Assembly: GCA_964394305.1 (NCBI GenBank)
Contig: CAYMWL010000021.1
Coordinates: 7,196-71,195, forward strand
Length of the DNA stretch: 64,000 bases
Direction of reading: 5' to 3'
Source: an uncultured Pirellulaceae bacterium
Lineage (GTDB): Bacteria; Planctomycetota; Planctomycetia; Pirellulales; Pirellulaceae
The notes beneath the pieces were generated by a model. That model was not told where the DNA came from. It saw only the letters and a program-made list of their open reading frames with translations, and searched no databases. Below are positions 29,486 through 37,910 of this stretch, one piece after another. The translations under genes were made by a program, and so were the position numbers. Positions within the stretch are counted from its first letter, which is position 1. Every line of letters begins with the position of its first letter.

Positions 29486-29668
29486 GTTATCGCGACGTTT
29501 TAAAGCGATGCTTGAAGCCAAATGATGGGGTAATCACGATGAAATCTACCAGTGACAAAACACGTTGCGAAGGGTTATCGTGCTGTTATCACCGCCGCTC
29601 GCCGAATTGCTGTAAATCACAATCAGCAATGCGGTTGCGACATTCAAAAGCGGCTCGAAAGTGTTATC
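29486..29668 (-). other. Non-coding GATAAC-box element, copy A
   Basis: GTTATC on the plus strand at 29486, 29574, 29585 and 29663; aligns with 45114-45299. Confidence 0.7.
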
Positions 29669-29706
29669 GCCCTGACCCCCGAAGGAGTTCGGCTCGGACT
29701 GCCGCA

Positions 29707-31083
29707 CTACCTGGGAGCTTCTGGCGGCGACTCGAGAATGGCGCGCTTGGCATCGAAGGGATTGCCGAGTGGATCGAGCAGTGCTTCGGTGATTCGGCGG
29801 CGGCGGACTTTGCGGACCTGAGCCCAGAGGCCGTCGAGTTCAACCATATCGCCACCCTTGAGGTTGTCGTCGCGGCCGGCGTTAAGCCAATCGTTGAGGG
29901 TCATGGCATCGGGGTTATCGCCGCCGAGTTCGGGGCGATTGAGTTGCGTGCGGAGTTGTGCGAGCGTCACTCCGCCACCCACGACCAGTTGCTGGCCGGC
30001 AGGGCTGATGTGCCGCGGCAGGCGATCGAATTCGTCCTGAATATCGCCGACCAGTTCTTCGAAAATATCTTCCTGCGTGATCATGCCGACGATGCGGCCA
30101 CCTTCGCCACGGACCAGGGCCAAGTGCTGGTGTTCGGTCGTCATGCGGCGGAGGGCTTCGCTGAGCGTCATGTTTTCCGACAGGCTGCTGATCTGGCGGA
30201 CGATTTCACGGATGACTGGATTGCCCGGATGCGTCTTGGCGAGCAGCACCATGTCTTTGAACGTGACATAGCCGATGATCTTTTGCGGGTCGCCCCGCTG
30301 CACGGTCACCGGAAACCGCGTGTGCAAGTCCATGTGGGCGATGATCAGGTTTTCGCTCAGCGTGGCGTCGGCGACGACCATCACGATGTCTTCTTCGGGA
30401 AGCATGATGTCGGCGACCTTCATCGCCGACAGGCGACTCGCCTGCAAAATGATCCGCTCTTCTTGCATACCGATGGCCTGGCTGGCACGGAGCAAGTTTA
30501 CCTGGGCCCGCAGTTCATGCAGTCCGACGGCCCGGTGATCTTCTTTTTGCTTCATGAACGGCAGGCGTTCGACGAGAGCGACAAACTGCGTGGTAATGGA
30601 CTCGAAGAACCAGACGGCTGGATAAAAAATCACCGAAAAGACCCACATCGTGGGGCTGAGCAGCAAGCAGACGAGTTCGGCGTTTTTGAGCGCGAAGACC
30701 TTGGGGATGAGTTCGCCGACCACAATGGTGAACGCCGAGATCGGCAGCACTACGCAAGTGATGGCGACGAAATCGGCGAAGTCCTTGTGGATGCCAACCT
30801 TGGCGAGGACACCTTCGAAATAGGGTGCTAGACTTTCTTCGGCCGAAGCGCCACCGAGGGCTGCCGCGATGGCCCCAACCAGCGTGATGCCCAATTGCAC
30901 CGCGGCCAGGCTGGCTTCCATGCGACCCTTCATGCGGAGCGAGACGCCGGCACCGCGGCGTTTTTGCTCGGCTAGCAGTCGCAAACGGTCAGTCCGAACC
31001 GAGGCCAAAGCCAATTCATAAGCGGCGAACATGCCGTTGAGTAACAGCATGACGATGATGACCAAAACGACCGTAAGACTCAT
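29707..31083 (-). CDS. Hemolysin/CorC-HlyC (CNNM + CBS) family membrane protein
   Basis: LNGMFAAYELALASVR; VQLGITLVG; GELIPK; HTRFPV; EDIFEELVGDIQDEFD. Start MSLTVV at 31083. Confidence 0.9.
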   Translation of the reverse strand: MSLTVVLVIIVMLLLNGMFAAYELALASVRTDRLRLLAEQKRRGAGVSLRMKGRMEASLAAVQLGITLVGAIAAALGGASAEESLAPYFEGVLAKVGIHKDFADFVAITCVVLPISAFTIVVGELIPKVFALKNAELVCLLLSPTMWVFSVIFYPAVWFFESITTQFVALVERLPFMKQKEDHRAVGLHELRAQVNLLRASQAIGMQEERIILQASRLSAMKVADIMLPEEDIVMVVADATLSENLIIAHMDLHTRFPVTVQRGDPQKIIGYVTFKDMVLLAKTHPGNPVIREIVRQISSLSENMTLSEALRRMTTEHQHLALVRGEGGRIVGMITQEDIFEELVGDIQDEFDRLPRHISPAGQQLVVGGGVTLAQLRTQLNRPELGGDNPDAMTLNDWLNAGRDDNLKGGDMVELDGLWAQVRKVRRRRITEALLDPLGNPFDAKRAILESPPEAPR

Positions 31084-31323
31084 TCCGCGCGATTTCCTGA
31101 AAGCCTTGAGGCAAAACGCCTTGGCAGCAGGATAATCGAAACCAAGGGATGGGATAAGGCGGGAGATTAGTGCGGGGGCATGTTCGCTGGAACGCCAAAA
31201 AGTGGCCCGACCAGAGAGGCGAGGGAGTGCAGGGTGAAGCATTCCCATCGCCAACCCTCGCGGCAGCAATATACTTAAAAGGTCCACCTTATTTACGTTG
31301 CATGCTGTACTCCAGCAAAGGTT

Positions 31324-31347
31324 CCTCGGCTCACGCTTCGGGCTTAC
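31324..31347. repeat. Single REP-like unit
   Basis: CCTCGGCTCACGCTTCGGGCTTAC resembles a CCTCGCTxACGCTTCGGGCT repeat that I recall from planctomycete intergenic DNA; only one copy in this window. Confidence 0.35.
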
Positions 31348-31496
31348 TGGAGGCGGGAGTAAGATAGGGAAAGAATTGTGACAGCATTTTCATGCCGAGA
31401 TTCGCCTTTCCTCAACTGCCAGCACCTTGGTACACTCCGCGCCGTCCTTGCACTTACGGATTTTTGCAAGACGACACTGCCTGTGAGGGACAAAGC

Positions 31497-33128
31497 ATGT
31501 CTGCCTGGATGTTGGTCTGTTTAGCACTCGCAGCCGATCCTGCTCCCGTGGCCGAAGCCGACGAAGCTCCTGATGTTGTCGTGGTCTGCCCGCGCGTGTT
31601 TGTCAGCGCGCTCGAGCCGTTGCTGGCCCATCGCCATGCGCAAGGACATCGCTTCGCGTATGTTCCCAACACTTGGAAGCCAGAAGAAATCAAAGCGGGC
31701 ATCAAAAAGGTAGCTGACCGCGGCAACCTGAAATACGTGCTGCTGGTCGGCGATTCCGAGCCGCAAGCAGCGACCAATGTGCTGACGCGGCAACGTTGCA
31801 TTCCTGCGCATTACGAGCCGGCCAAGGTAAACGTCAAGTTTGGCAGCGAACCGGAAATCGCTACGGACAATTGGTACGCCGATCTCGATGACGATGCGAT
31901 TCCGGATGTTGCGATCGGCCGACTGCCGGCGGACAACGCGAAACAAGTTTCCGATATGGTCGCGAAAATCATCGCCTACGAAAACTCGATTGACCACAGC
32001 GAATGGCGGCAGCGGATCAACTTCGTCGCCGGTGTGGGCGGATTCGGCGGCGTGATCGATCCGATGATCGAAGCGACCACGCGGAAGTTCCTCACCGACG
32101 GCATTCCAGCCGGATACACCACGAACATGACCTACGGCAGTTGGCGCAGCCCCTTCTGCCCCGATCCTCGCAAGTTTCACGACGTGTCACTGCAACAGCA
32201 TAACGATGGTTGCTTGTTCTGGGTTTACCTGGGGCACGGTCAGCACAACTCGCTTGACAAAATCGTCGTGCCAGGCGCGCGGTTTCACATTCTCGATAGC
32301 AACGATGGCCACAAGCTGAAGTGCCAGAACCGCGCGCCGATCGCGGTGATGCTCGCGTGCTATACAGCTGCCTTCGATGCCGAAGAAGATTGCCTCGCGG
32401 AAACGATGATTCACTCACCCGGCGGACCGGTCGCCGTGTATGGCGGTTCGCGCGTGACCATGCCTTACGCAATGGCCGTTATGGGCTCGGCGATGATGGA
32501 GCAATACTTCAAGCAACGTCCGGAGACGCTCGGCGAGGCAATGTTGAATGCCAAGAAGGAAATGGTTCTGCCGATCGACGAGACCAATCCGCTGAAGAAC
32601 ACCAACCGGCTGTTGCTCGACGGGCTGGCTTCGGTGATGAGTCCGACTCGCCAGCATCTGGCCGATGAGCGGAAAGAGCATTTGCATCTCTTCAACTTGA
32701 TTGGCGACCCAATGACCAAGCTCGCTCATCCGCAAATCGTGAAACTCACTTCGCCACGCGAAGCGAATCCCGGTCAAACGATTGAAGTCTCCGGCGAGTC
32801 GACGCTCGCGGGTCGGGCTGTGTTGGAACTCTGCTGCCGCCGCGATTGTTTCAAAGGTGAACTGCCACAGCGTGATCATTTCGATCCTTCGAACGCTGGC
32901 CTCGCCGCGCTGCAACCGGTATATGAACAAGCCAATGACCGCTCTTGGGCGAAGTATCAATTGCAACTGCCGGTGGGTGCCTTCACGACGAAGATCGTTG
33001 TTCCTGCTGAATGCCTCGGCGCTTGCCACGTTCGCATGTATGTGCAAGGCGACAAGGCTCATGCGCTGGGGAGTTCGAATCTGTACGTGAAGCCGGTGAA
33101 ACTGGTCGAGCACGTCGAAGCGAAGTAG
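31497..33128 (+). CDS. Peptidase C25 (gingipain) family cysteine peptidase
   Basis: YVLLVGD; ATDNWYADLD; IGRLP; catalytic YLGHG and LACYT; NLIGDP. Confidence 0.88.
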   Translation: MSAWMLVCLALAADPAPVAEADEAPDVVVVCPRVFVSALEPLLAHRHAQGHRFAYVPNTWKPEEIKAGIKKVADRGNLKYVLLVGDSEPQAATNVLTRQRCIPAHYEPAKVNVKFGSEPEIATDNWYADLDDDAIPDVAIGRLPADNAKQVSDMVAKIIAYENSIDHSEWRQRINFVAGVGGFGGVIDPMIEATTRKFLTDGIPAGYTTNMTYGSWRSPFCPDPRKFHDVSLQQHNDGCLFWVYLGHGQHNSLDKIVVPGARFHILDSNDGHKLKCQNRAPIAVMLACYTAAFDAEEDCLAETMIHSPGGPVAVYGGSRVTMPYAMAVMGSAMMEQYFKQRPETLGEAMLNAKKEMVLPIDETNPLKNTNRLLLDGLASVMSPTRQHLADERKEHLHLFNLIGDPMTKLAHPQIVKLTSPREANPGQTIEVSGESTLAGRAVLELCCRRDCFKGELPQRDHFDPSNAGLAALQPVYEQANDRSWAKYQLQLPVGAFTTKIVVPAECLGACHVRMYVQGDKAHALGSSNLYVKPVKLVEHVEAK

Positions 33129-33170
33129 ATCGGCTTTGGAAATTGAGAATTTGAGGGGAGCCTGCTGCCG

Positions 33171-34472
33171 ATGACGAACCCAACTTCCAAAGCCAAAGCG
33201 ACGGCCCCCAGTTCCGTTGCTCGTGAACTGCCCCGCGATAAAAGCGCACGGCCACTCGAGCACTTCATTCCAATTCGCAAGAGCGATCTCGTGCGCATGC
33301 TGCTGAATGATCCCGCACTCGAGTTGCACGAGCGCGAAGCATTCGCACATTTCTGCAAGCTCGTCGAGGCGACACTGCATCACGACTTCCATCGGCACCT
33401 AGATGAACTCAAAGACGCTTACGCTCCGTTCGATCCCGATGCCGAACCCAAGCCGCGGGAAGTGCTGACGGTTGAACAGCGCGAAACGCATGGGCAGCAT
33501 TTGTTCGATCACTTTGAAGAGCTAATGGCCAAGGCGAACTTTCGCCGGCTGTCGTCGGATGAACTTGACTATTCGCTCAGGACAAACAACGAATCGGGCG
33601 TTGACGTTCAGCCGAACCTCGATATTTTCGAGCGGCTCGAAATCTATGTCCGCGGCGACGTCATCGGCAAAAAAACCGTGCGTCACTGGTCCCGCATCGG
33701 CGCCGGCAAGGAAGTCGAAATCTGCACGTATCAGCGGCTCGCCATTATGTTCCGCTTAAAGCCGAGCAACATCGGCAAGCAGCCACTCGATTCGTCGGGT
33801 GTCGTGTTAAAGCTTTTCAAGAACATCCCGAAGTCCGATATCGAAATGTTGTTGCCGGGGACCAGCGTGCGAATGACGCTGATTGATCGCGGCAAGATCA
33901 TCATTCCAACACTCTCGGGCGTGGTCATTACGATCATGAAAGTGTTGCAGGGGGCTGTGGCCCTCGCCTTTGCGAGCATCAACGGCGCGTTGGCTTTTTT
34001 GGCTCTAGTTTGCGGCGTGTTTGGCTATGGGCTGCGGTCATTTTACGGCTACCTGAATACGCGCGATCGGTATCATCTTAATCTGACGCGCAGTTTGTAT
34101 TTTCAAAATCTCGACAGCAATGCAGGCGTGATTCATCGCTTGCTGGATGAAGCCGAGGAGCAAGAGTTCCGCGAAGTAATGCTGGCCTGGTGGTTGCTTA
34201 GGCAGAGCGGTTTTGCTGCCATCACCAGCGAACAACTCGATCGGGCCTGCGAAGTCTGGCTGCAAGCGAAGCTCGGGCTGCAAGTTGATTTCGAAGTCAG
34301 CGATGCTCTGGCGAAGTTGCAGCGGATGGGCCTTTGCCGAGAACTGCCGGGAAGCAAGTTTCGGGCAGTTGATCTGGAGGCCGCGCTCGTCGCTCTCGAT
34401 CGCGCCTGGGATGCGCAGTTCGAGTTCAGCAACAAAGCGCAGCCGACCATTCCGCTCCGCCGCGCTGCGTAA
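33171..34472 (+). CDS. TMEM143/DUF3754 family protein
   Basis: EHFIPIRKSDL; LKLFKNIPKSDIEMLLP; LYFQNLDSNAGV...AEEQEFRE; FEVSDALAKL. Confidence 0.82.
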   Translation: MTNPTSKAKATAPSSVARELPRDKSARPLEHFIPIRKSDLVRMLLNDPALELHEREAFAHFCKLVEATLHHDFHRHLDELKDAYAPFDPDAEPKPREVLTVEQRETHGQHLFDHFEELMAKANFRRLSSDELDYSLRTNNESGVDVQPNLDIFERLEIYVRGDVIGKKTVRHWSRIGAGKEVEICTYQRLAIMFRLKPSNIGKQPLDSSGVVLKLFKNIPKSDIEMLLPGTSVRMTLIDRGKIIIPTLSGVVITIMKVLQGAVALAFASINGALAFLALVCGVFGYGLRSFYGYLNTRDRYHLNLTRSLYFQNLDSNAGVIHRLLDEAEEQEFREVMLAWWLLRQSGFAAITSEQLDRACEVWLQAKLGLQVDFEVSDALAKLQRMGLCRELPGSKFRAVDLEAALVALDRAWDAQFEFSNKAQPTIPLRRAA

Positions 34473-34535
34473 ATGGCGGCGAACGCGCCAAGCACCGTTG
34501 GCCAAATCGCTGCTCCGCGCTAGAATAGTGTTGCC

Positions 34536-37500
34536 ATGACGGCAACTTTATCTGTCACAGCAACAGCGGCCGAAAACCTTCGGCAGCTGCCCGATGCGCT
34601 TCGGCGTTATGAGGGCTTTGCCGAAGCGACAGCGGCTTTGACCAAGGGTCAACCCGCCACGTTCGACGGAGTCTGGGGATCAAGCTGCGCACTGCTTGCG
34701 GCCTCGCTTGCGCGAGCTGGCAATCGCCCACTGCTGATTGCCACCGCGCACGACCGCGAAGCTGATGATCTGGTCGCTGACCTGCCGCTCTTTGACGCTC
34801 CACACGCAGAAATTTTTCCGGCCTGGGATCCTGACTCGGAAGAGCGCGGCCTGCGCGACGAGAATTACGGCGAACGGATTCGGCTGCTGAAAAAACTGGC
34901 TCTGCATGCCGATGCAAAAGATCCGCCACTCTTCGCAGCCAGCATCGGCGCGCTGATGCAACCCGTGCCGAGTGCCGAGCTGATCCGCGGTTCGACGCGC
35001 ACGATGCGCCGCGGCGAAAGGATCGATATCGATGCGCTCCTCAAGTGGTTCGTCGAAAGTGGCTTTCACCCGACGAGCGCCGTTGAACTGCCGGGCGAGT
35101 TTTCGCACCGCGGCGGCATTCTCGATATCTATGCGCCCGACTGGCTTGAACCCGTTCGCCTGGAACTCTTCGACGACGAAATCGAATCGCTCCGCTCTTT
35201 CGATGTGGCAACGCAGCGCAGTTTGGAAGTGCTGGAATTCATCGAAGTCACCGTGCTGCCTAAAGATCAGCCGTTCACCGCACATCTCGCCGATCACTTT
35301 CCTGCAAATGCGTGGGCGCTGCTCGTTGAGCCGCAACAGTTGAGCGACGAGGCAAAGAACGTCCTCACGCGAGCGGCGGACACGGCGGTGTTTCATTCCG
35401 TGCAAGCGGTACTGGCCAGCGTGAGTCGGCTTGGTGTCGCGACGGCGGCTCATCTTTCGCCCGGCACCTATGGCGCGAATTGCCACCTGCCGATTGAATC
35501 GGTCGAGCGGTTCAGCGGCGATCTGCAGCGAGTGCGCGATGAGTTGGATCACGTCGCGGTCAACAACAACGTCTATTTGATTGTTGCGACCGATGCGGAA
35601 ACCGAACGCCTCCGCGAGTTGCTCCGCGAAACAAAGTTGATGGCCACGGGCCGGCTGCATTTCGTCGTCGGCAGTTTGCGCGAAGGGTTTCGCCTGCCGC
35701 GTGATGAGGCGCTGATCATCACCGGCGGCGAGTTGTTTCATCGTGGTGAACTGCGGCGAATTCCGCGGCGGCATCTCGGCAAGGCAATCGACAGCTTTCT
35801 CGATCTCCGTGATGGCGATCTGGTCGTGCATCTCGCGCATGGCATTGGTCGCTATCGCGGCCTGAAGCAGATCAGCAAAAATGGCCAGGCCGAAGAGCAT
35901 CTGGAAATCGAGTTCGACGGCGGCACACGCATTTATGTGCCGGCGATCAAAATCGACCTCGTGCAGAAATACGTCGGCGGCACGAAGACGCGGCCGACGC
36001 TCGCCAAGATCGGCGGCAAGACCTGGATCAAGCAAAAAGAGGCTGCCGAAGAAGCCGTCAAAGACCTCGCGGTCGAAATGCTCGAAGTGCAGGCCATGCG
36101 CAGCAGCCGGCCCGGCATTTCGTTCACCGTCGACAGTGAATGGCAACGCGAGTTCGACGCGTCGTTTCCGTATCGCGAAACCGTCGATCAGCTCAGTGCG
36201 ATCCGTGCAATTAAGGGGGACATGCAAAAGCCGCGGCCCATGGACCGCCTCCTCTGCGGCGACGTCGGTTTCGGCAAAACCGAAGTCGCCATGCGGGCTG
36301 CGTTCAAGGCCGTCGATAACGGCTATCAAGTCGCGGTGCTCGTGCCAACGACGATCCTCTGCGAACAACACTACCACAGTTTCAGCGAGCGGATGTCCGA
36401 GTTCCCGTTCGACATCGGCAAGCTCAGCCGGTTTTGCACGGCGCAAGAAACGCGCGAGACAATTAAGGGAATCAAAAGCGGCAAGGTCGACATCGTCATC
36501 GGCACGCACCGCATCGCTTCCAAAGACATCGAGTTCCACAACCTGGGCTTGGTGATCATCGACGAAGAGCAACGCTTCGGCGTCGACGTTAAAGAGCGAT
36601 TGAAATTGCTCCGTGCGACGGTGGACGTGCTCACACTCAGTGCAACGCCGATTCCGCGCACGCTGCACATGTCGCTCGTCGGCGTGCGCGATATTTCGAA
36701 TCTCGAATCGCCGCCAGAAGATCGCGTCGCGGTGGAAACGCGCGTCACGCGCTGGGACAACGATCTGATCAAGCATGCGATCAATCGCGAATTGGCCCGT
36801 GGCGGTCAGGCTTATTTCGTGCACAACCGTGTGAACGATATCGAGCAAATCGTCACTCGCATCAACAGCATCGTGCCCGAGGCCCGCATTCGCATTGGCC
36901 ATGCGCAGATGGCCGACGACGAACTCGAACAAGTGATGATCGACTTCGTCGCACACAAGTTCGACATTCTGGTTGCGACGACGATTGTCGAAAGCGGCCT
37001 CGATATTCCCAATGCCAATACGATTTTTATCGACGAGGCAGATCGCTACGGCCTCGCCGATTTGCATCAGCTTCGCGGCCGCGTGGGCCGGTACAAACAT
37101 CGGGCTTACTGTTATTTGCTGACCGACCCCAACAAGCACATCACGCCGAATGCTTCGCGCCGCTTGCGGGCGATCGAGGAGTTCAGCGAAATGGGGGCCG
37201 GCTTCGCGATCTCAATGCGCGATCTGGAAATTCGCGGCGCCGGCAACTTGCTCGGCACCCAGCAGAGCGGGCACATCGCGACGGTCGGCTACGAGCTCTA
37301 TTGCCAGCTGCTGGAAAATGCGGTGAGAGCGCTGCAGAACGCCGCGCCGCGGCTGAAGCTCGATGTCGATATCAATCTTCCCGGCGAAGCCTATCTGCCT
37401 GACGAATACATTCCCGATATCCGTTTGAAAATTGACCTCTATCGCCGACTGACGCGGATCAATACTTACCAAGAGCTGGCTGATCTGCGGGCTGAATTTG

Positions 37501-37790
37501 TCGACCGCTTCGGCCCGCCGCCGCGGCCCGTCGAACGGCTGATGGAAATCATCGAGCTGCGTATGGACGCTGCCTTGTGGTTCATTTCGGCGATTTTTCG
37601 CGAAGATAAGTTTCTTGTCTTTCAGTATCGCGATCGCTCCCGCATCGAACAGTTGGCCCGGCAACACAAAGGGAAATTGCGGGTTGTCGACGATAAATCG
37701 GCCTATCTGCCGTTGCCGGCGCAGAATCTCGAGGCCGACCAAATGTTTGCGTTGGTGAAATCCGTCCTGGCAGGCTCGCTCGCGAAGTAG
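34536..37790 (+). CDS. mfd: Transcription-repair coupling factor
   Basis: UvrB-like N-terminus; CarD/RID domain (HGIGRY); DRLLCGDVGFGKTEVA; DEEQRFG; LSATPIPRTL; QLRGRVGR; TRCF C-terminus. Confidence 0.98.
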   Translation: MTATLSVTATAAENLRQLPDALRRYEGFAEATAALTKGQPATFDGVWGSSCALLAASLARAGNRPLLIATAHDREADDLVADLPLFDAPHAEIFPAWDPDSEERGLRDENYGERIRLLKKLALHADAKDPPLFAASIGALMQPVPSAELIRGSTRTMRRGERIDIDALLKWFVESGFHPTSAVELPGEFSHRGGILDIYAPDWLEPVRLELFDDEIESLRSFDVATQRSLEVLEFIEVTVLPKDQPFTAHLADHFPANAWALLVEPQQLSDEAKNVLTRAADTAVFHSVQAVLASVSRLGVATAAHLSPGTYGANCHLPIESVERFSGDLQRVRDELDHVAVNNNVYLIVATDAETERLRELLRETKLMATGRLHFVVGSLREGFRLPRDEALIITGGELFHRGELRRIPRRHLGKAIDSFLDLRDGDLVVHLAHGIGRYRGLKQISKNGQAEEHLEIEFDGGTRIYVPAIKIDLVQKYVGGTKTRPTLAKIGGKTWIKQKEAAEEAVKDLAVEMLEVQAMRSSRPGISFTVDSEWQREFDASFPYRETVDQLSAIRAIKGDMQKPRPMDRLLCGDVGFGKTEVAMRAAFKAVDNGYQVAVLVPTTILCEQHYHSFSERMSEFPFDIGKLSRFCTAQETRETIKGIKSGKVDIVIGTHRIASKDIEFHNLGLVIIDEEQRFGVDVKERLKLLRATVDVLTLSATPIPRTLHMSLVGVRDISNLESPPEDRVAVETRVTRWDNDLIKHAINRELARGGQAYFVHNRVNDIEQIVTRINSIVPEARIRIGHAQMADDELEQVMIDFVAHKFDILVATTIVESGLDIPNANTIFIDEADRYGLADLHQLRGRVGRYKHRAYCYLLTDPNKHITPNASRRLRAIEEFSEMGAGFAISMRDLEIRGAGNLLGTQQSGHIATVGYELYCQLLENAVRALQNAAPRLKLDVDINLPGEAYLPDEYIPDIRLKIDLYRRLTRINTYQELADLRAEFVDRFGPPPRPVERLMEIIELRMDAALWFISAIFREDKFLVFQYRDRSRIEQLARQHKGKLRVVDDKSAYLPLPAQNLEADQMFALVKSVLAGSLAK

Positions 37791-37910
37791 CCCAAGATTG
37801 CATTCACGCGAGTTCACTTGGCTCGCAGAATCAGCCATACTAGTTTCTGATTGCCCGCGTCGCCCGCTCATCGATCCGTTTCTACTATGAACAATCTTTG
37901 GTGCCTCACG

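Noticed and set aside
29296-30831. 511-aa plus-strand ORF crossing GATAAC element A
   Set aside because: Most of it is antisense to the CorC/HlyC gene, the 5' part has no protein-like features, and the shared DNA blocks do not give a conserved peptide in copy B.
34680-37139. 819-aa minus-strand ORF
   Set aside because: Antisense shadow of mfd.
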